64,000 bases of DNA from an uncultured Acidobacteriota bacterium. GTDB lineage: Bacteria; Acidobacteriota; Thermoanaerobaculia; Multivoradales; JAHEKO01. The notes under the pieces are model-generated. The model worked only from the letters and a program-made list of their open reading frames with translations, was not told the origin of the DNA and did not search any database. The DNA is taken from positions 960,001 through 1,024,000 of the forward strand of contig CAVQNG010000003.1 of assembly GCA_963713825.1 (NCBI GenBank). Reading direction: 5' to 3'. Numbering within the stretch: the first letter of the stretch is position 1; the number at the start of each line of letters is the position of its first letter. Shown here piece by piece: positions 10,097 to 21,281 of the stretch. The translations under genes and the position numbers were made by a program.

Positions 10097-10904
10097 TGGC
10101 TACCACTGGCGGCGACTCGAACCGCGAGCTTCTCGAGCTCCTCGAGCGAAGATGGCGGCTCGACCATACCCGGGCCATCGGGAGCGAGTACTTGCCGGGT
10201 GGCAAGGTCGTAGACTCCGAATGCCACTCCGCAGTCGGACGCCATCGAGCCCCGGAGAACCTGCTCGAGAGTCATGGCAGCGATGGCGGCGTTGATCACC
10301 TCGGTCACGGCTACGAGTCGAGATCGATATCTCGTGTCCTCGGTCGGCGTGACCCCGTGCTCCCTCAGCGCCTTGGCTGCTGTCCGCACCGCGACGAAGA
10401 TGTGTTCCACAACCGAGCGCAGTCCGAGTGTATGGGTCATCAGTGGAGAGTGAGCTGGGTCGAGATAGGCCTCGACGGCGGCGTCGACTGCGCCACAGCC
10501 GGTATGTCCGAGAACGACCATCAGCTTCACGCTTTCCTTGAGGTGCTGCACGGCAAGTCGAGGCTGCCTACAGATTCGTTGCATACGACATTGCCTGCGA
10601 GGCGAACCACGAAGAGCTCATTGAGGGGCTCGAAGAAGAGGAGCTCCGTCGGAACGCGAGCATCTGAACAGGAGAGGACGGCCGCAAACGGCTGATGCTC
10701 AGGGGTTTTGCCTATCTCACTGGGAAGCAACTCCTCGAGGTTGCTGGGCACCACCAGGCTCTGCGAATCCGATGAGTCGTCCGACCACAGGCTCGAGAAC
10801 CGAGTGTTGCCCTCGATGAGTCGGCGACGAGCCTGCTCAGCGTTGGTCGGGCGCTCCAGTCCGTCCTTCCGACTGGGGTCATGCTGGAATACGATCTCGA
10901 ACAC
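10093..10904 (-). CDS. Beta-carbonic anhydrase (frameshift near 10565)
   Basis: CSDAR and RLAGN in 10527..10904; LGHTGCGAV in 10093..10584. The two frames join at GSLD/AVQHL. Confidence 0.85.
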
Positions 10905-11001
10905 TCTAGTACCTCCAAGACAATCTCGTTGTCGACTGGGTCAGGGTAGCAGTGCTCATCCGGAGCCTCAATACTGCGCCACCTTCTGGGGCCAATGTGG
11001 A

Positions 11002-11055
11002 ATGGACCCCAGGGGGCTTTCCTCCCTTCCGCTGCAAGAACCCCCTGGGATCCAT
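11002..11055. repeat. Imperfect inverted repeat (hairpin)
   Basis: ATGGACCCCAGGGGGCTTT … AAGAACCCCCTGGGATCCAT. Confidence 0.7.
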
Positions 11056-11085
11056 CCCACGATTGACCCTGGTTGAGAGCGGCCA

Positions 11086-11141
11086 GTGGGAAGCGAGAAG
11101 TGGGAAGTGAGAAATGAGACGTGGGTAGTGGGCCGTGAGGG
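11086..11141 (+). repeat. Degenerate heptamer tandem repeat (GTGRGAA-like, 8 units)
   Basis: gtgggaa gcgagaa gtgggaa gtgagaa atgagac gtgggta gtgggcc gtgaggg. Confidence 0.8.
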
Positions 11142-11156
11142 AGGGGGCTTCACTGT

Positions 11157-11232
11157 TCAAGGAACGGCCGGCAGAGGCACCGGCCGCTTCAATCCTCAGG
11201 GATCAGCCGAGGGCACGACGGCTGATCCACCC
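11157..11232 (+). repeat. REP-like hairpin doublet (family A)
   Basis: cggccgg-cagaggca-ccggccg followed by gatcagccg-agggcacga-cggctgatc; same scaffold as 14501, 39385, 48448, 49679 and 50012. Confidence 0.8.
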
Positions 11233-11283
11233 TCAAGACCCCACGACCTGGGACCCAAGCCCCAGGACCTCACCTTCCCGTCC

Positions 11284-11323
11284 TTGACATTCGGCCTCTG
11301 ATCCATATGCTTGTAATATGCAA
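11284..11323 (+). promoter_or_regulatory. Sigma70-like promoter with MarR-type operator over the start codon
   Basis: TTGACA (11284), 16-bp spacer, TATGCT; imperfect palindrome TTGTA-ATA-TGCAA (11311..11323) overlaps ATG 11318. Confidence 0.6.
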
Positions 11324-11827
11324 CTAAATACTCCGACGCTGCGATTGGCCTATCTGACCTCTTCCCTGGTCCGGAAATTGCGCCTGCTGGAGCGTCAGGA
11401 GATGGCCTGCTGTGGTGTTCCTGTCTCTCAGGCGATGGTGCTCCAGGCTCTGCACAAGAGCGGGGGATCACTGCGAATGGGAGATGTGGCTGCGCTTCTG
11501 GGTGTCGTTCAGAGCACCGCCACTCGACTGGTGGAGCCATTGGTCGAACAGGAGTGCGTGCGCCGTGAACCGGCGCCGGAGGATGGGAGGGTCGTGATGA
11601 TCGCTCTTACCCCCAAGGGTTTGCGTTGGGCCGAGGATGCGCTTGCCAGCTCGTTGCGCTGGAGCGAGGACGTGCTTGCACGGATTCCAGAGGCGCGACG
11701 CTCCGAGGTCCTCGACGCCCTGGAAGCGTTGGTGGGGGCGGTCGATGAGTGCTGCAGCGGAAGCGATGGCGAAGCGAGCTGTGATGAAGTCGGAATGACG
11801 TGCGCCCAGGTGACGCGGGGAGCCTGA
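11318..11827 (+). CDS. MarR family regulator, Cys-rich
   Basis: wHTH with QSTATRLVEPL and EDGRVVMIALT; CC pairs near the N-terminus (MACCG) and C-terminus (DECCS). Confidence 0.9.
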   Translation: MQLNTPTLRLAYLTSSLVRKLRLLERQEMACCGVPVSQAMVLQALHKSGGSLRMGDVAALLGVVQSTATRLVEPLVEQECVRREPAPEDGRVVMIALTPKGLRWAEDALASSLRWSEDVLARIPEARRSEVLDALEALVGAVDECCSGSDGEASCDEVGMTCAQVTRGA

Positions 11828-11843
11828 ACGAGAGGACTTGGAT

Positions 11844-12738
<895 letters not shown>

Positions 12739-12748
12739 CCTTACATTT

Positions 12749-14384
12749 CTGTCTAGGCGACTGTTCGCCGGGCTGGCACTGACTGCCGGCCTGGCGTTGT
12801 TCGCCTGTCAACCGGGAGCCGTCGAGGAGGAAAGCAGGGAGGCAAGCGTGCGAGCGCCACCAGAGGGTACCCCGAGGCTCGTGCTCCTACTGGTCGTGGA
12901 TCAGTTCAGCGCCGATGATTTGGAGCGGATCGCCCCGCTCTTCACCGGCGGTTTCCGCACCCTTCTGGATCGAGGGGTGATCTTCACTCAGGCCCATCAC
13001 GCCCACGCCCTCACGGAGACTGCTCCCGGGCATGCCACTCTCGCTACCGGGAGCTTCCCGCGTCACCATGGCATCGTCAGCAATCGGTGGATCGAAGAGG
13101 GCCACCTGGTGAGCCGATATGCCATCGACGACGATCTCTACGACGAGTCACCACGGGAGCTCGAGAGGAGGACTCTGGGGGACTGGATCAAGGCCAGTTA
13201 CCCGGAAGTCCAAGGTCTTCTCGGCCAGCGGCAAGGATCGGGCAGCCATCCTCATGGGCGGGATGGAGGCCGACGGCGCGTTCTGGTACGACGAGGAGAT
13301 CGGTGGATACGAGACCTCGGAGTACTACGTCGAGCCGGAATGGCTCGACAGCTTCAACGACCAGAGGATTCTCGATGCGCGGTTCGGTCAGATGTGGAAG
13401 CCTCTGCCGCTGACAGCCGAAGCCATTGAGGATCTTCAGCTACAGAAACTCGGATTCGGGCCCCTTCTCAACGAATTACCCATGTCCATCGGTCGGCCGC
13501 GGCCCACACCCGATGACAGCTTTTACTCTGCGGCGCGCGACTCGCCTTGGTGGGACGAGTATTTGGCTCAATTCGCCCGTCATCTTGTCGAGGCCGAGGA
13601 CCTGGGAATGGATAACAGCCCAGATCTACTGGCCCTGAGCTTCTCGACACCCGACTACGTGGGACACGATCACGGGCCGCACAGTCGGGAATACGTCGAT
13701 GTCCTCCTGCGATTGGATCGCACTGTGGGTGAACTGTTGGATTTCATCGATGAGCGGGTGGGACTCGAGAACACGATCCTGGGATGGAGCGCCGACCACG
13801 GGGTGGTGCCGGTACCCGAGGTGCGCCATGACCAAGGTCTGGCCGGTCGACGGGTAACCTCGGAGACGGTTCTCTGTCTGCAACGCGTAGGCGGGCAACT
13901 TGCGGACAGGCATGGCGTGGAGAGTTGGTTGATCACGGGACCAAGATTGGCCCCTGGCTTGGTCGAGGCGACTGGTCGAGCGCGGCCAGATTTGGAGGAG
14001 GAGACCGCTCAGTTGCTCGAACAGTGTCCTGCGGTCGAGGCTGTCTGGACCGGGTCAGAGCTGCTTCAGGACATCGACGACAGCGATAGTGCTCGCTGGT
14101 TGTACGCAAATAGCTACTACCCTGAGCGAAGCCCGGATTTCCTGATTCAATTCGAGGAGTACTTCATGCCGACGGTGGGCTACGTCACGACTCACGGTTC
14201 GCCGTATGCCTACGACACTCACGTTCCTTTCGTTGTCCTGGCTCCGGGCTTGAAGCCCGAGACGCTGGATGTTCCCGCACGAACGGTCGATCTGGCCCCG
14301 ACGCTGGCCAACTTGTTGGGAATCCCGATTCCGGAAGAAGTCGATGGCCGGCCCCTTGTCGAGGCCGCGACTCCCTCTCCCTGA
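12749..14384 (+). CDS. Alkaline phosphatase/nucleotide pyrophosphatase family lipoprotein (PafA-like; frameshift near 13207; start uncertain)
   Basis: VVDQ, TETAPGHAT, KDRAAI, DYVGH, ADHG, HGS motifs; lipobox-like LFAC. Confidence 0.87.
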
Positions 14385-14500
14385 TCTGCCCGCCCGCCCA
14401 TCCGGCTCGGGGCTTGGGTCCGGGGTAACAGTGGCATAGGACAGTAGGGGCCTAGGGGCGTAAGGGCTTAGGGATACTGGGGTTTGGGCCTTTGGTCCCC

Positions 14501-14596
14501 CCAAGTCCTCAAAGAACGGCCGGCAGAGGCGCCGGCCGCCTCAACCCCCAAGCCCTCAAAGGCCGGCCGGAAGGAACGCCCGGACGGTTCAACCCC
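14501..14596 (+). repeat. REP-like hairpin doublet (family A) between convergent genes
   Basis: Two 48-bp units, CAAGYCCTCAAAG-hairpin-TCAACCCC. Confidence 0.85.
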
Positions 14597-14602
14597 AGAG
14601 CG

Positions 14603-14621
14603 AGCCCGGCACAGCCGGGCT
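14603..14621. terminator. GC hairpin at the SSADH stop codon (possible terminator)
   Basis: AGCCCGGC-ACA-GCCGGGCT; no clear U tract. Confidence 0.4.
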
Positions 14622-15987
14622 ACGCGACATAGACCGTCTTGATGTTGACGAACTCGCGGATTCCGAACGAGCCGAGCTCGCGACCGTAGCCTGAGCCCTT
14701 GATGCCCCCGAAGGGCAAGCGCGGGTCCGACTTCACGAAGGCGTTGACGAAGCAGGAGCCGGCTTGCAGTCGCTTCGCTGCGATCTCCTCTCCGCGCGCG
14801 ACATCTCGCGTGAATACCGCCGCCCCCAATCCGAAAGGCGTGTCGTTGGCGACGCGGATGGCCTCCTCTTCATCGGCCACGGGTAGAACAGCGGCCACGG
14901 GTCCGAAGAGCTCTTCCTCGTAGGCGGCCATTCCCGCCGTCACGTCCGTGAGCACGGTCGGAGGATAGAAGGCACCGGGGCCTTCTGGAACCTCGCCTCC
15001 CAGCAGACAGCCTGCTCCGGCCTGGAGACTGCGCTCGACCTGGTCGTGCAACTCGTCGCGTAGGTCGGCGCGTGCCATGGGCCCCACCGCGGTCTCATCC
15101 AGCAGGGGGTCGCCAACATTCTGACGCCCCATGAGCTCTACGAGCCGCTTCTCGAACTCTCCTCGCACCGCATCAGGAACGATGAAGCGCTTGGCCGCGA
15201 TGCAGCTCTGACCCGTGTTGAGAATGCGGCCAGTCACACAGGCTGCCACTGCGAGTTCGAGATCGGCATCCTCGAGAATCACGTAGGGGTCGCTACCTCC
15301 CAACTCCAGGACGGTCTTCTTCAGAAGGGATCCAGCCAGCGCGGCGACTTTGCGACCGGCCGGCGTGCTGCCCGTGAGAGTCACCGCCGCGACTCGCGGA
15401 TGCTCGATGGCGACACTGGCTGTCCGGCTACCGAGGACCAGGGTGCGAAAGGCGCCTTCGGGAGCTCCAGCCTCCCGGAAGAGGTCCTCGATGGCGAGAG
15501 CACAACCCTGCACGTTGCTCGCGTGCTTGAGAGCCGCCGTGTTGCCGGCCATCAGCGCCGGAGCCGCGAAACGCAGCACCTGCCAGAACGGGAAGTTCCA
15601 GGGCATCACCGCCAGGACGACGCCCAAGGGCTCGAAGCAGACGTAACTCTTGGTGGCATCTGTCTCGACGATCTCGGGCGAGAGATGAGTCTCGGCATTG
15701 TCCGCGTAGTAGTCGCAAACCCAGGCGCACTTGTCGACTTCGGCCCGGGCCTGGGTGATCGGCTTGCCCATCTCGAGCGTCATGAGCTCGGCGAGTCCGT
15801 CTCGACGGTCGCGAAGAAGACCACCGACCCGTTTCAGAAGCCTCGCTCGGTGCTGGAAGTCGGTGCGGCTCCACTCGAGGAAGGTGTCATGGCAGGTGAC
15901 GAGAATTTCTTCCACCTCGTCAGGGGTCATCTCTTCGTACGTGGCGATCCGCTCGCCAGAAACAGGATTCAGGCTCTCGAGTGTCAT
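14620..15987 (-). CDS. NAD(P)-dependent succinate-semialdehyde dehydrogenase (Sad/GabD1-like ALDH)
   Basis: MPWNFPFWQ, LTGST, LELGGSDP, GQSCIAAKR, EELFGP. Confidence 0.92.
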   Translation of the reverse strand: MTLESLNPVSGERIATYEEMTPDEVEEILVTCHDTFLEWSRTDFQHRARLLKRVGGLLRDRRDGLAELMTLEMGKPITQARAEVDKCAWVCDYYADNAETHLSPEIVETDATKSYVCFEPLGVVLAVMPWNFPFWQVLRFAAPALMAGNTAALKHASNVQGCALAIEDLFREAGAPEGAFRTLVLGSRTASVAIEHPRVAAVTLTGSTPAGRKVAALAGSLLKKTVLELGGSDPYVILEDADLELAVAACVTGRILNTGQSCIAAKRFIVPDAVRGEFEKRLVELMGRQNVGDPLLDETAVGPMARADLRDELHDQVERSLQAGAGCLLGGEVPEGPGAFYPPTVLTDVTAGMAAYEEELFGPVAAVLPVADEEEAIRVANDTPFGLGAAVFTRDVARGEEIAAKRLQAGSCFVNAFVKSDPRLPFGGIKGSGYGRELGSFGIREFVNIKTVYVA

Positions 15988-16003
15988 CGGAATTCCCCGC
16001 TTG

Positions 16004-16888
16004 CTAGAGGATCATGGCGATCGCCAGGCAGAGGGCGAGCACCGTGTTGGTGGTCAGGTTCCAGATCACATTGGCGCCGAGCGCCGGCAGAGGTACTGGT
16101 TCGAGCGGTGTGGTGAGGGCCCATCGGCTCGGTCCGATCAGCGCCAGACTAGGCAGGCAGGCCAGAAGACAGAGGACGGGCAGGGAACCGATAGCCACCG
16201 CGGCAAGAAGGCAGAGCGGCACCGCCCACCCGAACACTACATAAGTTCGTGCGGCGCCAACACGCCCCATGAGACGCACCAGGTTCCTGCGCCCGCCTTC
16301 CTGATCAGCTTCCTCGTCGGGGAACTCGTTGAGCAGAAGGAGATTGAAAGTCATGAAGAACGGCGGGATCGAGGCTGCCACGGCCACGGCCCCCAGCTCG
16401 CCACCTTGAACCATGGAGGTGCCCAGGACGGGAAGGGTCCCCAACCCGAGACCAGCGAAGATCTCACCGACGTAGGCCCGGGAGAGCAGGTCGCTGTAGC
16501 CCAGCACGCTGACGGCGCCCAGCACGAAGATCGGCAGCAACATCAAGCCAAACTGTGAGAAGAAGTAGATGCCGATTACCAGACCCAGAATAGCCGCTCC
16601 GAGGCCCAGGTAGAGGGCCGCGCTGGCCGGGAGAGCCCCGGACGGCAGAGTGCCGCTACCCCCACTGAACGGGGTGCGCTCGGTGGCCAGGTCGATACCA
16701 CGTCGGAAGTCGCTGTACTCGTTCAGCGAATTGACCGATACGTGCATGGCGGTAAGGCCGATGAGGGCCAGGAGCGTGTTGACCAGATCGAAGGCGCCAT
16801 CGTGGGCCCCCGCCGCCGCACCTACCGCCACCAGAGTCACCGGTAGCAGTAGGAATTTGGCGCGAGCGATGCCGAGGAAAGCCTTCAT
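16004..16888 (-). CDS. menA: UbiA-family prenyltransferase, MenA/UBIAD1-like
   Basis: NEYSDFRRGID and NEFPDEEAD..GGRRNL motifs; multi-TM. Confidence 0.75.
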   Translation of the reverse strand: MKAFLGIARAKFLLLPVTLVAVGAAAGAHDGAFDLVNTLLALIGLTAMHVSVNSLNEYSDFRRGIDLATERTPFSGGSGTLPSGALPASAALYLGLGAAILGLVIGIYFFSQFGLMLLPIFVLGAVSVLGYSDLLSRAYVGEIFAGLGLGTLPVLGTSMVQGGELGAVAVAASIPPFFMTFNLLLLNEFPDEEADQEGGRRNLVRLMGRVGAARTYVVFGWAVPLCLLAAVAIGSLPVLCLLACLPSLALIGPSRWALTTPLEPVPLPALGANVIWNLTTNTVLALCLAIAMIL

Positions 16889-16915
16889 GAGATGGCTCCA
16901 CGCGGGACGGACCAG

Positions 16916-18034
16916 TTAGTAGTTGGCACCCTCCCACTCATCGCCCAGACAGATACCGAGCTCCCTGGCCGTGCATACGGTGTCCGAGTCCAGGGGAACG
17001 GTCTTCATGCGACTCGTCGCATCGCTCAGGGGGACGGTCTTGACCGTCGGCGGGTCGAGGGCCACCATGACGTTGGTCTGACCCTCCGCCAGGACCCGGA
17101 CCGCAGCTGCCCCGAATCGCAGGGCCAGGATCCGGTCGCGGGCGGTGGGAGTGCCCCCCCGCTGCAGGTGTCCCAGGACCACGTTGCGAGTCTCTTTGCC
17201 GGTGCGTTCGGCGATCTGAAGGGCGACCTGCTCACTGATGCCACCGAGTTGGATCTCCCGGCCCAGCTCTTTGGGGCCCTGGGCCACCATCTCGCCGTCC
17301 ACGGGTCGAGCACCTTCGGCTACCACCACCAGGCTGAAGCGACGCCCCCGCGCTTCGCGGCTCATGATCTTCCGGCAGACGATGTCGATGTCGAACGGAA
17401 TCTCTGGGATGAGGGCCACGTCGGCGCCTCCGGCGATGGCGGAGTGTAAGGCGATCCACCCCGCGTAGCGTCCCATGACCTCGACGGTGAAGACCCGCTC
17501 ATGGGCCTCGGCTGTCGAGTGGAGGCGATCGACGGCTTCGGTGGCCACCATGACAGCCGTGTCGAAGCCGAAGGCGACGACAGTGCCGGCAAGATCGTTG
17601 TCGATGGTCTTGGGCACTCCGACGATCGGGATGCCCTTGTCCGCCAGGCGGTGTGCGATGCGCATCGAGCCATCACCCCCGATGGCGATCATGGCGTCGA
17701 GACCGAGCCGGTGGAAGTTCTCCACCAATTCGTCGGACCGGTCGATCGTGGTCTCGGTGCCATCGGGCAGCTTCAGCGGCATCTCGAACGGGTCGCCCTT
17801 GTTGGCCGTGCCCAGGATCGTGCCCCCCAGGTGCGTGATGCCGCGGACACGACCGTGGTCGAGTATTTCGATCTTGCTGGTGTCGAGCAGCCCGGCGTAA
17901 CCCTTCTGGATACCGACCACCTCCCAGCCTCGCCGGATGCTGGACAGTACGATGGCCCGAAGAACAGCGTTGAGGCCGGGCGCGTCGCCGCCTCCTGTGT
18001 TGACGGCGATGCGGCGGATCTTGTCAGTGGTCAT
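16916..18034 (-). CDS. pfkA: 6-phosphofructokinase (group III-like)
   Basis: TGGGDAPGLN, GGDGS, PKTIDND, EVMGR, LGHLQRGG. Confidence 0.93.
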   Translation of the reverse strand: MTTDKIRRIAVNTGGGDAPGLNAVLRAIVLSSIRRGWEVVGIQKGYAGLLDTSKIEILDHGRVRGITHLGGTILGTANKGDPFEMPLKLPDGTETTIDRSDELVENFHRLGLDAMIAIGGDGSMRIAHRLADKGIPIVGVPKTIDNDLAGTVVAFGFDTAVMVATEAVDRLHSTAEAHERVFTVEVMGRYAGWIALHSAIAGGADVALIPEIPFDIDIVCRKIMSREARGRRFSLVVVAEGARPVDGEMVAQGPKELGREIQLGGISEQVALQIAERTGKETRNVVLGHLQRGGTPTARDRILALRFGAAAVRVLAEGQTNVMVALDPPTVKTVPLSDATSRMKTVPLDSDTVCTARELGICLGDEWEGANY

Positions 18035-18120
18035 GGAGGCTCCTCTGGGAAGGCGGCAATCAGTGCACGAGTCTATCTCGGTCGCTGCCCTGGGGTAGAG
18101 TGCCGCCCGGAGAGCGAGCC

Positions 18121-18678
18121 ATGTTGGAAGAGCCGAATCGAGAGCGACCCACAGCCGAGCGGGTGGCCTTTGCCTTCCGCCCCTGGGTGCGACGCAGCTG
18201 TCGGAAAGCGATGGTCTGGGGAGTCGGGGTCGTGGCGCTTCTGGGTGGGGTGGCCTGGTTCTTCAAGACCCCGGGCTCCGCACCACTCGGCCGTGCCTTC
18301 GGGGTGCTGCTGTTCTACGGTGTGCTGTTCTGGTTGACGCTTCTCAAGATCTGGTGGACGGCTGGCAAGCCGGCCGTTCTGGTCGGGAGGAACTTCCTTT
18401 CCTACCAACCCCTACACACCTTCCGTGTGCGCCGGATTCCCTATGCTCGCGTGCTCTCCAGTGCCCCTCGCAAGGAGACAGAATCACTGCGCATCGTGCA
18501 CGAGAAGAAGCCCGGACAGGGCCGCGAGTTCTTCCTGAACCTGGCGGTCGTAGACGGACGCCACTCGTTTCTCGACCTGCTCGGCGAGCGCCTCGAATCC
18601 GCCGGCCTCAAACCCGTACCGAACGAGCCCAACACCTGGTCCCGCCCTGGCTGGCACGAGCCGGGGGTAGGGCAATAG
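18121..18678 (+). CDS. Hypothetical membrane protein (2 TM plus PH-like tail)
   Basis: Two hydrophobic segments; divergent from pfkA. Confidence 0.7.
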   Translation: MLEEPNRERPTAERVAFAFRPWVRRSCRKAMVWGVGVVALLGGVAWFFKTPGSAPLGRAFGVLLFYGVLFWLTLLKIWWTAGKPAVLVGRNFLSYQPLHTFRVRRIPYARVLSSAPRKETESLRIVHEKKPGQGREFFLNLAVVDGRHSFLDLLGERLESAGLKPVPNEPNTWSRPGWHEPGVGQ

Positions 18679-18869
18679 GGGCTTAGGGGCTTGAGGGTTG
18701 AGACGGCCGATCGGACCAGGGATCTCCCTCGTCTGCGGCCTCACCCGACCATGCCCCTCCGACGAGGGAGACCCATGGCCCGATCTACCACCCTCGAGAC
18801 ACATTGAGAGTCCGACTGCTGACTCACCCCTTGTGCCCTTGCGCCCCTACTAACCTAAGCCCCTATTGC

Positions 18870-19046
18870 CTTCAACGGTGCCCGAGGTTCGTTCAGGTGG
18901 TTCGTCAGGGGGTGCCGAGTCGAGCGCAGCGCAAGGGCCATCAAAGAGCACAAGAGATGAGGCGCGATGACGAGACAAGGTGGCGGCCCCCCATTGCAGT
19001 CTGAGTAGCCGACGCCGTCCCCCTGCGAACCACTCGGACGGGCCTC
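18870..19046 (+). repeat. ~175-nt structured element, copy 1 (family B)
   Basis: Matches the reverse complement of 38250..38427; terminal arms GTTCAGGTGGTTCGTCAGGGG / CCCCTGCGAACCACTCGGAC pair. Confidence 0.88.
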
Positions 19047-19059
19047 TGCAAGAGAGTAG

Positions 19060-20481
19060 TCAGTTGTCCAACACGCGGTGGACGAAGTCGCGCCAGTCGG
19101 AACGGGCAGCGTGGGCGCGGTCGAAAGACCATTCGGGGTCTCGGGTGTAGCTCACGGGAGTACCGCCGCTCAGTGACGTCGAGTCGGGCTCGAGACCGAC
19201 GGCAGCGAGACGGGCGATGCCGGCGAGCCCCGGCTCCTCTTCCGCCGACACCTCGACCGGGATTTGAGTGAGATTGGCGATCAGGTCGACGAGAGCCCTG
19301 CAGCGGGTCAGTTTCCCACTCAGCCGGAAGACTTCCGCCGCGGCTCCCGAAGCGGCAAGCGTCTCGAAGCAATCCACGACCCGCATGGCCACGCCGACCA
19401 GCACACCAGCGGCAAGCTCAAGAGGCGAGGTGTGAGCACCGGTTTCCTGGACGACTGTTCGGATCTCGGGGCGCCACCAGGGTGTACCGAGCCCGGCAAG
19501 AGCGGGCAAAACGCGTGGGAGGCGTTCGGGCTCCAGGGGACGCTGGCCCCATTCCTCGGGGCCGAGACCGGTTTCGCCCGAGATCCAATCCATGGCGGAG
19601 CCGGCGCTGTTGACGGCTCCTTCGAGCTGAAAGTGCCGATCGGACGAGGAGCTCGCGACAACCGCCGAGAGCAGGCCTGGATGACGGCGGAGTTGGTCCC
19701 CGGTGCCGGCGAGCACAAAGGCGCCGGTGCCAAAGTGGGCCGCCGTGACTCCTTCCTCCCAACCGCCCTGCGCCAGCAGGGCTGCTTGTTGATCGCCAGC
19801 AACTGCGGTCACGGGGAGGCCTTGCCACTGGCCTCGAAAGCCGATCGAGGGCCTGAGCCGCGGCAAGGCAGCGCGAGGAATCTCGAAAAGGTGACAGAGG
19901 GTCGGATCCCAGGCGTCGGCCTCCAGGTTGTAGAGCAGGGTGCGGCCGGCGTGCCCACCTTCGGTCGAGGGCTCGCCCGTAAGATGGTGCATGAGAAAGG
20001 CATCGAGGGTTCCCGCTACGACCTCGCCGGCTTCAGCACGACGGCGGAGACCGGGTTGGGAGCTCAACAATCGACTCAGTTTTGGTGCGGCGTAGTGGGG
20101 CGACAGGTGAAGACCGCTGCGTGAGGCGACTTCGGGGGCGTGCAGGGCCAGTCGCTCGACAACGTCTGTGGCACTGCCGTCCTGCCAGGAGATGGCTGGG
20201 GTCAGGGCACGGCCGTTGGACTGTTCCCAGAGCAGGCAAGTAGACCGCTGGCAAGTGACGCCGATGGCAGAGAGAGGCCCGGCCTCTTGGAGACGAGCCA
20301 ATAGGGCCTCGACTGTCTCGAGCAGCGCATGCGGATCGTGTTCGAAGGACGCGCCGTTGGCGTAGACCTCGACCGGCAAGGATGTGCTGAGTCGGCAGCT
20401 TCCGTCCAGGGAGTAGAGCCCGCCCTTCGCGAGAGTGGACCCGAGATCCACAACGGCCAGAGAGAGATCGTCCGAGGTCAT
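19060..20481 (-). CDS. FGGY-family carbohydrate kinase (glycerol kinase-like)
   Basis: [33 protein letters not shown]. Confidence 0.88.
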   Translation of the reverse strand: MTSDDLSLAVVDLGSTLAKGGLYSLDGSCRLSTSLPVEVYANGASFEHDPHALLETVEALLARLQEAGPLSAIGVTCQRSTCLLWEQSNGRALTPAISWQDGSATDVVERLALHAPEVASRSGLHLSPHYAAPKLSRLLSSQPGLRRRAEAGEVVAGTLDAFLMHHLTGEPSTEGGHAGRTLLYNLEADAWDPTLCHLFEIPRAALPRLRPSIGFRGQWQGLPVTAVAGDQQAALLAQGGWEEGVTAAHFGTGAFVLAGTGDQLRRHPGLLSAVVASSSSDRHFQLEGAVNSAGSAMDWISGETGLGPEEWGQRPLEPERLPRVLPALAGLGTPWWRPEIRTVVQETGAHTSPLELAAGVLVGVAMRVVDCFETLAASGAAAEVFRLSGKLTRCRALVDLIANLTQIPVEVSAEEEPGLAGIARLAAVGLEPDSTSLSGGTPVSYTRDPEWSFDRAHAARSDWRDFVHRVLDN

Positions 20482-21203
20482 CGAGCTGACCTGGCGAGAC
20501 TCTTGCGGAGCTTGCCGGGGTAGTCGGTAAAGATACCGGCGGCACCCCGGTGCAGTACATTGCGGGCGAGGAATGGCCGGTTGATCGTGTAGACCAGGGG
20601 TGGTTTGCCGGCTTCGGCCGCCGCCAGCAAGAACTCACGACGAGCGAGCTTGCGATGGCAATGCACACTGAAGGAGTCCAACTCGATCGCGGCTTCCAGG
20701 AGCGCGCCCGGTTTGCGATCCCCGATCGGTGCGACCCGATACTCGGGCAGCCGCGCCTTGAGCTCGGCTAAAAGAGACCAATCGAAGCTGGAGAACAGAA
20801 CCTGGTGTCGCCCATCGAGGGCTGCGGCCAGGGTGTTGCTGATGGCCTTTGGATCGGCGCTGCGGCGCTTGATGTCGAGAATCAGGGGCTGGGACTCCGG
20901 TAGGGCCCTGAGGATTTGCTGGAGTGTGGGTGCCTCGATGCCACTACCCTTTCTTAGCGCTCGCTGAAAGCGGTACAGGGTCAGAGACTCGACGGGCGCC
21001 TTGCGCTGCAGTCCGGCTCGCAGCTCGACATCGTGAAAGGCGACGAGTCGGCCGTCACGGGTCAGCCACAGGTCGAGCTCGATGACGTCAGCACCCTGCT
21101 CGACCGCCAGCAGCAAGCTCTCGAGTGTGTTCTCGGGTGCCTCTCCCGAGGCTCCGCGGTGGGCCAGGATCCAGGGTGGGGAGGGCAGGTCGAAGGTCTT
21201 CAC
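20478..21203 (-). CDS. Glycerophosphodiester phosphodiesterase
   Basis: [25 protein letters not shown]; ATGA overlap with the kinase gene. Confidence 0.92.
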   Translation of the reverse strand: MKTFDLPSPPWILAHRGASGEAPENTLESLLLAVEQGADVIELDLWLTRDGRLVAFHDVELRAGLQRKAPVESLTLYRFQRALRKGSGIEAPTLQQILRALPESQPLILDIKRRSADPKAISNTLAAALDGRHQVLFSSFDWSLLAELKARLPEYRVAPIGDRKPGALLEAAIELDSFSVHCHRKLARREFLLAAAEAGKPPLVYTINRPFLARNVLHRGAAGIFTDYPGKLRKSLARSAR

Positions 21204-21281
21204 CTCGGGTCATTCTGCCCGATGGTAGAAGCTGGCCGCAAATGGGGTGCGAACTAGAGGCTGGCGGTACAATCCTTATCT

